Source: an uncultured Bdellovibrionales bacterium
Lineage (GTDB): Bacteria; Bdellovibrionota; FAC87; UBA2466
Reading direction: 5' to 3'
Length of the DNA: 64,000 nt
Assembly: GCA_937903155.1 (NCBI GenBank)
Contig: CALCZU010000030.1
Coordinates: 5,257-69,256, forward strand
A program made the position numbers and the translations under genes. Below, piece by piece: positions 45,046 through 53,901 of the stretch (position 1 is its first letter; the number at the start of each line of letters is the position of its first letter). The notes under the pieces were generated by a model. That model did no database searches. It saw only the letters and a list, made by a program, of their open reading frames with translations, and was not told the DNA's origin.

Positions 45046-45753
45046 TTACTTTTCTGATTCTGGGTCGATCTGAGCGAATTCTCCGTAGAACTCATTCAAG
45101 CCTTGAATTTCCAGAATGATATTAAATGCCGGATTGGAGTGCTGGATTTTCGAAAAAGCTTTGTAGAGTGTTACGATTTTCCGGTAGAGGGGATCGGCTG
45201 CTTTAAACGTTTTAGGCCGGTCTCCCAATTTGGCAACGGCAATGAGGTTTCCGACGGGAGCGACGAGATCGTTGATCTCTTTGGTCAGATCGGCTGGCAA
45301 ATCAGCAACCTTCTTTAAGTCCTGGAGCAGTCGATGGATTTCAGTGAACGTATTTCCTACGATTTGGCTATAAGGAGTGTCATCAAATCCACGATCCGTC
45401 ACAATAGCCTGATAGAGGGTTAAAACTTCTTTTAAATGCTTCTCATTATTGTCGGACTCGATACTTTTAAAGAAAGCAGTGGAATATCTGAAAGTCACAA
45501 TCAGCTGTTGGTAGCTTCTCATCGTTCCAGCGTGCGCCAAACCTTTAGCTTGGATTGAAGTTTTGATTGTTTCGCAATGCCTTCGGATGAGAAAAATTCT
45601 CGCCGAATCTAAGAGCTCGATATCCTGAGAAAGCTTGTCTCCCAAATAAATAATTCTATCCAGTTGGGCTATTGCTTTTTCTTTTTCAGTTTCTGCGAAA
45701 GTCGTGGGGGTGATTAGTAAAAGTCCGATGAGGGCAATCAAAAAGCGTTTCAT
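45046..45753 (-). CDS. Exported all-helical hypothetical protein (first gene of the RCC1-like operon)
   Basis: ATG 45753 preceded by AGGAGAG. Signal peptide MKRFLIALIGLLLITPTTFA. 54-nt gap to paralog D, with AAAGGAAAAG before its start and no hairpin. Confidence 0.65.
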   Translation of the reverse strand: MKRFLIALIGLLLITPTTFAETEKEKAIAQLDRIIYLGDKLSQDIELLDSARIFLIRRHCETIKTSIQAKGLAHAGTMRSYQQLIVTFRYSTAFFKSIESDNNEKHLKEVLTLYQAIVTDRGFDDTPYSQIVGNTFTEIHRLLQDLKKVADLPADLTKEINDLVAPVGNLIAVAKLGDRPKTFKAADPLYRKIVTLYKAFSKIQHSNPAFNIILEIQGLNEFYGEFAQIDPESEK

Positions 45754-45952
45754 ACTCTCTCCTATCAAAACGAGCCAATGCTTAAGCATTGCTATTGCTC
45801 ACAGAAAGTTGAGTCAATTTAAGAAGATCAACTCATAGACTAAGTGTTTACTTATGCTACGAGTTAAAAAGTCTTCATGAGAGGGTAATACAAATAAGCA
45901 GAGCCGGACTCAATCAGCAAAAAAAATGATTGAGTCGATATGAGTAGATTCT

Positions 45953-46052
45953 GTCATTGCGAAGAGCCGAAGGCGACGAAGCAATCTCGATGCACAAGAA
46001 CGCCTTTGCTATCGGCGAGATTGCTTCGTCGCCTTCGGCTCCTCGCAACGAC
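45953..46052 (-). repeat. REP-like palindromic element (37-nt arms, 26-nt loop) just downstream of lepB
   Basis: GTCATTGCGAAGAGCCGAAGGCGACGAAGCAATCTCG pairs with CGAGATTGCTTCGTCGCCTTCGGCTCCTCGCAACGAC: 35 Watson-Crick plus 2 positions that are G-U only on the minus-strand transcript. The core recurs at 53902-54097. Confidence 0.85.
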
Positions 46053-46062
46053 GTTGGGTACG

Positions 46063-46863
46063 CTATTGCGTATAAGTACCGATGCGCTCGTAACGGACCC
46101 ACGCTTTTCCTTGAGCCCAGTCGGGGAAGAATTTAAAAAATTCGTAGAAAAAGGCGAGCACTCGCATGGGAGGTGAGTAGTCTGCCACCATGCTTGCTTT
46201 GAGTTCCGGGTCCCAACTCGAATACCAGATGAACATTGCTTTTCCTTTAAGATTTTCCATCGGAACAAAGCCCCAGAATCGACTGTCCGAAGAATTGTCA
46301 CGGTTATCGCCGATAGCAAGTAAATGGCCTTCGGGAATGACTGTCTCTTCCATGTAGCGCGTGCGCACATCGTACTCGTGCGAGTTTGTTAAAATCATGT
46401 AATGCTTTTTGCCGGTGAGATTTTCGACAAAGAGCGTTTTATCGTCGGCGTCATCGATGTCGTACATCAAGGAGCGGTCTTTTAATTCATGTCGTTCGAT
46501 TTCTTGTCCATTCACTAAAAGTTTTCCGGAGCGAAATTCGACTCGGTCGCCCGGCAATCCGACGGCTCTCTTTACGAAGGTGACATTCGGATCTCTGGGG
46601 TATCGAAAAAGAATAATATCTCCGCGTTGAACGGATCCTGTCTTAAAAAGAATTTGCTCGGTAAAGGGAATGCGGACATCATAAGCGCATTTCAAAGCGT
46701 ACAGTCTGTCGCCTGTTTTCAATGTCGGTTCCATGGATCCTGTCGGAACTACGTACGGCTCAACAAAAGTCCATCTCAGCGCGAGCAGGGCTAAAATCAT
46801 GTAAGCCATCGTGTGGTTGTCTTTGATCCATTGGATAAACGAATTATTTTGAGAGTCTTTCAT
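46063..46863 (-). CDS. lepB: Signal peptidase I
   Basis: GSMEPTL (Ser box), RGDIILF, VKRAVGLPGD (Lys box), GDNRDNSSDSRFWGFVP. Confidence 0.9.
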   Translation of the reverse strand: MKDSQNNSFIQWIKDNHTMAYMILALLALRWTFVEPYVVPTGSMEPTLKTGDRLYALKCAYDVRIPFTEQILFKTGSVQRGDIILFRYPRDPNVTFVKRAVGLPGDRVEFRSGKLLVNGQEIERHELKDRSLMYDIDDADDKTLFVENLTGKKHYMILTNSHEYDVRTRYMEETVIPEGHLLAIGDNRDNSSDSRFWGFVPMENLKGKAMFIWYSSWDPELKASMVADYSPPMRVLAFFYEFFKFFPDWAQGKAWVRYERIGTYTQ

Positions 46864-47924
46864 TACATTCTTCCTGTTACTTCACGGATAATTTTTAAAG
46901 CGTTTTCGACATCCTTCTTTGTAATATCAAGATGCAGGACCGCTCGGAAGCGGCTTCCGCCAAAGAAGGAAAAGCGCACGCCGTGTTTTTTGAGTTCACT
47001 GACAAATTCTCGGGTTGTTACTTTCGGGTGCTTAAAGTGGAAAAACACCATATTCGTCGAAGGCTTTGAAGTTTCTACTTCGATGTGTGGAATCCCTTCG
47101 CCTAAACCAAAAGCAAAGAGACGCGCATTTTCGTGGTCTTCATGGATGCGCTCAACGTTATGTTTCAAAGCGTAGAGACCTGCTGCAGCCAACATTCCGC
47201 TTTGTCTCATCGCTCCGCCACTCACTTGTTTTAATCGTCGAATTTCTGCGTACTGAGGTTTGTCATAAGCAATGACGGCGCCCACAGGACATCCAAGTCC
47301 TTTCGATAAACAAACCGTCACGGTATCAAATTGAGAAGCAATTTTGTGTACAGCAACACCTGATGCAGTAGCGGCGTTAAAAAGTCTTGCGCCATCTAAA
47401 TGCGTTTTTAAATTGAGTTCACGAGCCGTGGTGATCACTTCAGACAATGTTTCTAAGGGCCAAGCAACTCCCCCTCCAACGTTGGTGGTATTTTCGATGG
47501 AGACCAATCGACTCTTCGGAGTGTGGGGTCCTGTGGCGTGACGAAAATATTGGATCAAATCGGCCTTAGAAAAAATGCCTTGTTTCGTGTAGATGGGACG
47601 CGATTGAACGCCCGAGTTCGCGGAGGCAGCGCCTCCTTCAGCGTAAAAAATATGGCAATCCCCATCGGCAATCAGTTCCTGCCCAGGACTGCATTGCAAT
47701 CGAATCGCGATTTGATTCGCCATGGTGGCTGACGGCAAAAACATCGCGCAACCCTTGCCGAGCATTTCGGCTAACTTTGTTTCGAGTTCGAGTGTGGTGG
47801 GATCTTCGCCCTGTTGTTCGTCGCCGACGACTGCATTCATCATCGCTTCTCGCATTCCTTTTGAGGGACGAGTCACAGTGTCGCTGTAGAAATCAATTCC
47901 TGTAAAAAACGGGCCGATAGACAT
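46863..47924 (-). CDS. ltaE: Low-specificity L-threonine aldolase (PLP-dependent)
   Basis: IDFYSDTVTRPSKGMREAM...GDEQQGEDPTT N-terminus and a LSKGLG PLP-lysine region. 1-nt overlap with lepB. Confidence 0.8.
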   Translation of the reverse strand: MSIGPFFTGIDFYSDTVTRPSKGMREAMMNAVVGDEQQGEDPTTLELETKLAEMLGKGCAMFLPSATMANQIAIRLQCSPGQELIADGDCHIFYAEGGAASANSGVQSRPIYTKQGIFSKADLIQYFRHATGPHTPKSRLVSIENTTNVGGGVAWPLETLSEVITTARELNLKTHLDGARLFNAATASGVAVHKIASQFDTVTVCLSKGLGCPVGAVIAYDKPQYAEIRRLKQVSGGAMRQSGMLAAAGLYALKHNVERIHEDHENARLFAFGLGEGIPHIEVETSKPSTNMVFFHFKHPKVTTREFVSELKKHGVRFSFFGGSRFRAVLHLDITKKDVENALKIIREVTGRM

Positions 47925-47986
47925 AGGCCGGCATCATAGGCAGTGCGCCTAAGAATGTAAAGCAAAGCGGGAGTCAGTCTTAAGTC

Positions 47987-48709
47987 TTAGAAATTGATTC
48001 GGAATGCAGCTGTCGCATACGACGAACCGAGGTCATACATCGCGGTTGTAGTCGTCACTTTTTTCGGAACGCTGTAATGGTAAATTCCTTCTAATCCAAA
48101 ACTGATTTCGCGGCCCACGATAAAATCCCATCCGATACCCAGTTCAATTCCGACAGTCGTTAAGAAAGTATCATTTCCTGCCGTCACCAGTCGGGTGTTG
48201 TCAAAAGACACGTCGTTGAAATCAAAGGACCCTTGGAGTTTCACGTAGGGAAGAAAACGATTGGAAGTGAAAGTCGCCTGAGTTCCAATTGCGATATTGG
48301 AAGTCGTTAACTTTCCAGAGGCCGCTCCGTTTTTATGAGTTGTTGAAGCTCTGTGAGTGCTGATAACAAAAGACCAAGGAGCAATCGCTTCCCAGATGAA
48401 ATGAAGTCCGATAAGAGGAGCACTTTGAAAATCATTTGCAAAATCGCCCATCGGGATAAACATGCCGATATCGATTCCGAGTCTTCTATCTAAACTTTGG
48501 TAGTGTGCGAGATCCTCTTCTTTGGTCGAATTCGCAAGTCTTCTACGAGATCCATCTCGGGGTTCGGCTTTGGCAGTGGCTTCCAAGTTATCAAGATTTG
48601 CGGCTTCAGTCGTTGGCTCTGCTTCAACGCTTTTGCTACGCAGTCTTTCAGCAGAATTTGCAGCTTGGGTTAATGTCAGTGCCAATAGAAGAAGTGTGAT
48701 TTTTTTCAT
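47987..48709 (-). CDS. Outer-membrane beta-barrel protein (small porin / OmpW-like class)
   Basis: Signal peptide MKKITLLLLALTLTQAANS, alternating beta-strand pattern, C-terminal AAFRINF (terminal Phe). Confidence 0.6.
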   Translation of the reverse strand: MKKITLLLLALTLTQAANSAERLRSKSVEAEPTTEAANLDNLEATAKAEPRDGSRRRLANSTKEEDLAHYQSLDRRLGIDIGMFIPMGDFANDFQSAPLIGLHFIWEAIAPWSFVISTHRASTTHKNGAASGKLTTSNIAIGTQATFTSNRFLPYVKLQGSFDFNDVSFDNTRLVTAGNDTFLTTVGIELGIGWDFIVGREISFGLEGIYHYSVPKKVTTTTAMYDLGSSYATAAFRINF

Positions 48710-48781
48710 CTCATTATTGTCGTCGATTTTAGTGAAATTAAAAAGGGGGTAGTAATGCGAGTGGTCAAATGGGGGAGGCGA

Positions 48782-50203
48782 TTACTCAAGGATGAAGAAT
48801 TCCACTCGACGATTAATCGCGCGTCCTTCTTCAGTGGCGTTACTGGCGCGGGGTTTGCGCTTTCCGTATCCCTGCGTCAGGATGGTTTCAGAACCAATTC
48901 CCTTTCCGACGAGATACCTTTTAACTGAGTTGGCTCGGTCTAGCGACAACTTCAAATTGTAATCTTCGCTATGGCTCGAATCGGTGTGACCTGCGATTAA
49001 GAGTTTTTTGACGTTGTTTTGTTTGATGACGTCAGCGATTTGATCGAGCAAAGAATGACTTTCGGGATCGAGTTCTGCTTTTCCGACTTTGAATTTGATA
49101 ATCTTACGAATCACAAATTTTCTGTCGACTACACTCACATCGTTTGTCGTGTAGTAATGTTTTCGTTCGGTTGATGTGAGACCAAACGTGTAACTGGCTT
49201 GTCCAATAATCTGAAAATCGGGTGAGAAGGGAACACCGGCGACAACGCCTTTACCCAACGCAATATCGGTTCCGAGTAAGAGCGCAAAACTTTTATTTTC
49301 AAGTGGAGTAATTCGACTTCCTACGGAGATTTTTGAAGGCGTTTTTCCAAAACCTAAACCTGAATTGATATGAGTTGTGTTCCAGTATTCGACGAAGGGG
49401 ATAAGATATGCGCCGAGTTTATATTCCGCTCCGAGACCCAGAGTGAACGTATTGTATCGACTGAAATTAAAAAACATTTCGGGTTCGAGGTTTGCCGTTG
49501 TTTTTGAAGTCCGGATTTCCGGGAGATGAAAAAGGGCATTCGCATGTAAAAATAAAGGCAGTCCGCTCGTTTCCAAAAATCCGTAAGTTCCGGCCAGTCC
49601 AAAACCGGCGCTCAATGTTTGTCCGGCCGGACTAAGCGCGTTGAAATTCGAAGCGACTAAAATATTTGCGATAGGTGCTACAAAAAGGCTTTCATTAATC
49701 TTAAAAGAATACATCCCAGAAAAATTAAAATCTCCCAGAGACGAAATCAGTTGTTGAGGATCTCCAAAAGTGGTCGAAGAATTTCTTCTTTCAACCGACA
49801 GTGTCAGATTTTGCGTCGGCGAATAGCCGACAAAAAGACTTTCGGCGATCGTCGTTGCTTTTCCAGGGCCAAAGGTCGGAAGCGGGTTTGTGACCGAATA
49901 GAATTCTCCGCCAATCCCAAAACTCAAAGCGCCGTTTGGAAGACTTTCGGCCGAGCGGACTCGGAAGATGCCGGCTTCCCCCCAGTTGCTTGAATAAATA
50001 TAATTATTCCGGATTTCGGTTTCACCTTCGACCGTTTTGTCTTCGCCCTTTACAAATTCGCGCTGTTCAATGGGTCTTTCTTTGGGTTTTCCTTCTCTTT
50101 GAAGCGTATCTAAATCAGGAGCTGAATCTTCAGCAAAAGCAAACAGCGAAAGAACTATGAAGAAAACGACATATTTTAAGTTTTTCATCGGTTTTGTAGG
50201 CAT
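48782..50203 (-). CDS. OmpA-family outer-membrane protein (beta-barrel plus C-terminal OmpA domain)
   Basis: C-terminal LLIAGHTDSSHSEDYNLKLSLDRANSVKRYL...NRRVEFFILE. Signal peptide MKNLKYVVFFIVLSLFAFA. Start ATG 50203 or 50188; the 50359 ORF start is unlikely. Confidence 0.8.
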   Translation of the reverse strand: MPTKPMKNLKYVVFFIVLSLFAFAEDSAPDLDTLQREGKPKERPIEQREFVKGEDKTVEGETEIRNNYIYSSNWGEAGIFRVRSAESLPNGALSFGIGGEFYSVTNPLPTFGPGKATTIAESLFVGYSPTQNLTLSVERRNSSTTFGDPQQLISSLGDFNFSGMYSFKINESLFVAPIANILVASNFNALSPAGQTLSAGFGLAGTYGFLETSGLPLFLHANALFHLPEIRTSKTTANLEPEMFFNFSRYNTFTLGLGAEYKLGAYLIPFVEYWNTTHINSGLGFGKTPSKISVGSRITPLENKSFALLLGTDIALGKGVVAGVPFSPDFQIIGQASYTFGLTSTERKHYYTTNDVSVVDRKFVIRKIIKFKVGKAELDPESHSLLDQIADVIKQNNVKKLLIAGHTDSSHSEDYNLKLSLDRANSVKRYLVGKGIGSETILTQGYGKRKPRASNATEEGRAINRRVEFFILE

Positions 50204-50309
50204 TTGATTTCTTTTAATTTTACCACTGGATGCTTGGAATCTGCGGATGAATTTTATTATTTTCTTCACGATATGAAATGCTGCGTCAAAATAGGTTATA
50301 CTCTTAAGT

Positions 50310-50990
50310 ATGTTGAAACGTATGAGCCAAAGCGTAACGATCGTTTTACTAATCACCACTCTGGTGTTCAGTGGGTACTTTATTTTTGTTTCCTACCGAG
50401 CGCTTACAGAGTTATCCAAAACCGAGTTACCTCCTTTGCCCCCTCAAAAAGAATTAGCTTCAATTGAGGAACACGGCGGCGGTCATGGTGGCGGTGGAGA
50501 ACATGGCGGAGGCGGAGAGCACGGAGCTCCCCCACCTGCTGAAGGTGGACATGGTGGCGGTCACGAAGCCCCTCCTGCGGAAGCCCATGGCGGTGGAGGA
50601 GAACATGGTGCGCCCGCAGCCGATGCTCATGGCGGTGGGGGCGGACATGGTGAAGCCGCAGCTGGAGCCCCTGCAAAAAAATCGGAGTCTTTAGCCATCA
50701 TCAGCTTTGATGAAGTTTTTGTGAACGTGGCGGCGGATCAAAGATCTTACGGGCTCGGAATCAAGCTCGAACTCGAACTATTTGAAGAGGGCAGCCGAGC
50801 CATCATTGAGAAACGTCAACCTGCGGTAAAAAATGCCATCATTCAAACTTCGCGCGAACAAGATTTTCACCAGCTCAATACGATCGCAGGAAAGCTTTAT
50901 TTTAAAGAGCTTTTAGCAGAGAGAATTAATGAACAATTTGGAGCACCTCTGGTTCGAAACGTCCATTTTTCTTCCTTCTTCCTGCAATAG
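50310..50990 (+). CDS. FliL-like single-pass membrane protein with a His/Gly-rich repeat insert
   Basis: TM VTIVLLITTLVFSGYFIFV. HG-rich repeats GGGHGGGGEHGGGGEHG...HGGGGGHG. C-terminal FVNVAADQRSYGLGIKLELEL...AVKNAIIQ...IAGKLYFKELLAERIN...VHFSSFFLQ, as in the FliL family. Confidence 0.6.
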   Translation: MLKRMSQSVTIVLLITTLVFSGYFIFVSYRALTELSKTELPPLPPQKELASIEEHGGGHGGGGEHGGGGEHGAPPPAEGGHGGGHEAPPAEAHGGGGEHGAPAADAHGGGGGHGEAAAGAPAKKSESLAIISFDEVFVNVAADQRSYGLGIKLELELFEEGSRAIIEKRQPAVKNAIIQTSREQDFHQLNTIAGKLYFKELLAERINEQFGAPLVRNVHFSSFFLQ

Positions 50991-51041
50991 ACCGAGTGTT
51001 TAGTTTACTAATCTTCCTTAAAAAGATATCGTCGTCTTATC

Positions 51042-52484
51042 GTGTTTACGAGAAAGACCAAAATTGTTGCGACGGTGGGACCTGCTGTTCAATCGAAAGA
51101 ATGGCTTGAGAAGCTTGCGCGCGCAGGCACAAACGTATTCCGCTTAAATTTTTCTCACGGAAATCATCCTGATTTTTCTCGCATTATTTCAGACATTCGC
51201 GAAATCGAAGAGCGTTTAGGAAGACCCATCGGAATTATGGCCGATGTTCAGGGACCTAAAGTTCGCATTGGCCGACTCGAAGGCGATAAAGTCGAACTCA
51301 AAAAAGGCGAAGAGGTTTACATCACGTCTGAACCGATTATCGGTGGAAGAAAAGATGGAAAGTTAACTCTTCCGACAGGCTATAAAGATTTTGTCAAAGA
51401 CGTGGCGCCTGGCTACACCGTCTTGCTCGACGATGGACTCATGGCCTTAAAAGTTTTGGAGCGGTCAAAAACCGAATTAAAATGCGTTGTCGTCGATGGC
51501 GGGATGTTGTCTCCTAATAAAGGCATCAATGTTCCTGAAGCTTCTTTTTCGGCGAATGCGATTACTGAAAAAGATTACGAAGATATTCTTTTCTGTATTG
51601 AAAGAGGCGTTGAGTACATTGCAATGTCGTTTGTGAGAACGGCACAAGAAGTCCGACATCTTAAAAAATTTATTGATTCGCGCGGCAAGCGCATTCAGGT
51701 CATTGCTAAAATTGAAAAGCGAGATGCTCTGGCAAACTTAGAGGCCATCATTGATGCTTCCGACGGTATTTTGGTCGCGCGTGGAGATTTAGCCGTTGAA
51801 GTCGGCAACGAAAGAGTGCCTCTTCTTCAGAAAAAAATTATTCGTAAAACCAATTTGCGTGGAAAAACCGTCATCATCGCAACACAGATGTTGATGTCGA
51901 TGGTTGATAATCCGAGACCCTCGCGTGCCGAAGCCTCAGACGTTGCGAATGCGATTGTCGATGGTACCGATGCGGTCATGCTTTCAAATGAAACGGCCGT
52001 CGGAAAATACCCGCTCGAAGCTATCGGCATGATGTGCAAAATCACCGAGGAAATGGAAGCCGATCCCGAGCCTCAACCGATTTTATACGATGAGTGGGAA
52101 CTGCCTGAGGGCGGACAAGAATATATTGCTGTGCTGCAAAGTGCAGTTCGCCTTGCCTCGATTGCCAAAGCAAAATGGATAGTCGTTGTGACACAGTCGG
52201 GTTACTCGGCGACTCTCGTATCGAAGTGCCGGCCAAATAACCGAGTATTAGCAGTGACTTCAAGTATGGAAGCTTACCGACAACTCGCTTTAAAATGGGG
52301 TGTGGAAGGCATCGTGATGGAAGATATGGATACGCTGATCTCCCAAACGGCTGTCTTTGAAGCGATCGGTCAAAGACTTCTAGCATTGAAACTCGTCAAC
52401 AGCGGCGATAAAATAATTATTACTGCCGGGCTTCCACGTTTAGCCCACGGATCAACCAACACAATCAAAGTTCACCAGATTTGA
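51042..52484 (+). CDS. pyk: Pyruvate kinase
   Basis: TKIVATVGPA, FRLNFSHG, LVARGDLAVEVG and MLSNETAVGKYP motifs. GTG start. Confidence 0.9.
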   Translation: MFTRKTKIVATVGPAVQSKEWLEKLARAGTNVFRLNFSHGNHPDFSRIISDIREIEERLGRPIGIMADVQGPKVRIGRLEGDKVELKKGEEVYITSEPIIGGRKDGKLTLPTGYKDFVKDVAPGYTVLLDDGLMALKVLERSKTELKCVVVDGGMLSPNKGINVPEASFSANAITEKDYEDILFCIERGVEYIAMSFVRTAQEVRHLKKFIDSRGKRIQVIAKIEKRDALANLEAIIDASDGILVARGDLAVEVGNERVPLLQKKIIRKTNLRGKTVIIATQMLMSMVDNPRPSRAEASDVANAIVDGTDAVMLSNETAVGKYPLEAIGMMCKITEEMEADPEPQPILYDEWELPEGGQEYIAVLQSAVRLASIAKAKWIVVVTQSGYSATLVSKCRPNNRVLAVTSSMEAYRQLALKWGVEGIVMEDMDTLISQTAVFEAIGQRLLALKLVNSGDKIIITAGLPRLAHGSTNTIKVHQI

Positions 52485-52504
52485 TTCCTTTTTAAGGGAT
52501 AAGA

Positions 52505-52804
52505 ATGAATCTCGACACGCATTTTTCGCGCTCGTATCTCTATTTTGTGCGCATTCCACTCATCTTTTTTTTCGTGAGTTTAATTTTAATGGGCATTCTC
52601 GCCAAAAGAGGCATCGTGGACTGGAGACGGATGGTTCACGAAAATGAAAACCTGCATTTAAAACTGGGACAACTTGAAAAACAAAAAACAAAACTTTTAC
52701 GCGAAAACGAACTGCTCGAAAAAAACGCTGAATATCAAGAAAATGTCATTCGTCAGACTTTAGGTTATATTAAAGCCAACGAAACCAGCATTGAATATGA
52801 GTGA
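52505..52804 (+). CDS. FtsB/DivIC-like septum formation initiator
   Basis: 99 aa, one TM followed by the coiled coil ENENLHLKLGQLEKQKTKLLRENELLEKN and IRQTLGYIKANE. Confidence 0.55.
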   Translation: MNLDTHFSRSYLYFVRIPLIFFFVSLILMGILAKRGIVDWRRMVHENENLHLKLGQLEKQKTKLLRENELLEKNAEYQENVIRQTLGYIKANETSIEYE

Positions 52805-53849
52805 AAAAGAATCTTTCAGCGTCTTCGCACCGACCCGCGCCGATCTTGCGGGGGGCACCATCGATTTGTGGCCCGTCTATAATTTTTTCGAATCCGGAAA
52901 AACAATCAACGTCGCACTCGATTTAAAAGCAAAGATCCATTTTTCTTTTTCGAGTGCTTCAACGACCGAAGTCGTGGTTCACGGAATGAATTCCGAAGTG
53001 GCAAGATTTTCTGGCAAAGTCACATCCGATGCGATTAAAAAAATGCCGAGCAGTTGCCAGTTTCCTGCTCATATCGTGTCGTCATTTTTCAAAACGTACG
53101 AAGGATTGAAAAATCTCCATCTCGAAGTCAAAGTCGAGTCCGAAGCTCCCCCTCGCAGTGGTTTAGGTGGCTCTTCGACGATTTGTGTGGCCATGGCTAA
53201 AGGTCTCGGAAAAGTGTACGAAAAATTCACCGGCGAAAAGTGGCGCTGGGAAATCCTCGAATGGTCGAAAGATGTCGAAGCAGGGTTCTTAAGAGTTCCC
53301 ACGGGCACGCAAGATTATCTCGCGTCGCTCTTCGGTGGCTTGAATTGTTTTGAGTCAAGGTACGGCGGAATTACTCAAACAAGTTACACTCCCAAAGTTT
53401 TTACGGAACTTTCAGAAAGAGCTCTCGTTCTTTACTCAGGGGAAATGCACCACAGTGGACTCAGTAACTGGGAAGTCTACAAATGTGCCGTCGAAGGAAA
53501 AAAATCCGTTTTGGAAGGATTTGAAAAAATCCGAGCAATCGCTGATCAAATAGACAAAGTTTTTAAATCGACTTCAGTTTCTTGGAAAGAAATCGGAAAT
53601 CTGATTAGCGACGAATGGAAAGTCAGAAGAGAGACGTTCCAAGTCCACACGCCCAAACTCGACGAAATCGTCGATTTTATCTCTAAACAACCCGTCCTCG
53701 GAGTCAAAGTCTGCGGCGCCGCCCAAGGCGGATGCTTACTCACGCTCGTCGAAAGCAATCACCGAAAAGCTTTAGAGGAAGCTTGCACCAAACACGGCAT
53801 CCAAATTTTGAAGACCTCACCTTATGCCTCCGGCGTTCACGTGAAGTAA
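52797..53849 (+). CDS. GHMP-family sugar kinase (HddA heptose-7-phosphate kinase-like)
   Basis: APTRADLAGGTIDLWP N-terminus and PPRSGLGGSSTICVAMAKGL GHMP motif II. ATG 52797 overlaps the ftsB-like stop by 8 nt. Confidence 0.8.
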   Translation: MSEKESFSVFAPTRADLAGGTIDLWPVYNFFESGKTINVALDLKAKIHFSFSSASTTEVVVHGMNSEVARFSGKVTSDAIKKMPSSCQFPAHIVSSFFKTYEGLKNLHLEVKVESEAPPRSGLGGSSTICVAMAKGLGKVYEKFTGEKWRWEILEWSKDVEAGFLRVPTGTQDYLASLFGGLNCFESRYGGITQTSYTPKVFTELSERALVLYSGEMHHSGLSNWEVYKCAVEGKKSVLEGFEKIRAIADQIDKVFKSTSVSWKEIGNLISDEWKVRRETFQVHTPKLDEIVDFISKQPVLGVKVCGAAQGGCLLTLVESNHRKALEEACTKHGIQILKTSPYASGVHVK

Positions 53850-53901
53850 TTTGAAGCTGGCCGTTGCCTAATCCAAGCAAAACGTAAATCCGCCCGACCC
53901 T

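Noticed and set aside
45914-46370. ORFs 45914-46102 (-), 45940-46176 (+) and 45954-46370 (-)
   Set aside because: They are generated by the REP-like palindrome and by an out-of-frame reading of lepB. lepB itself (46063-46863) has all the signal peptidase I boxes.
50404-50694. ORFs antisense to, or out of frame with, the His/Gly repeat (50404-50676 -, 50460-50648 -, 50464-50694 +)
   Set aside because: The repetitive GC-rich tract is open in several frames. Only the frame continuous with the TM helix and the FliL-like domain is coherent.
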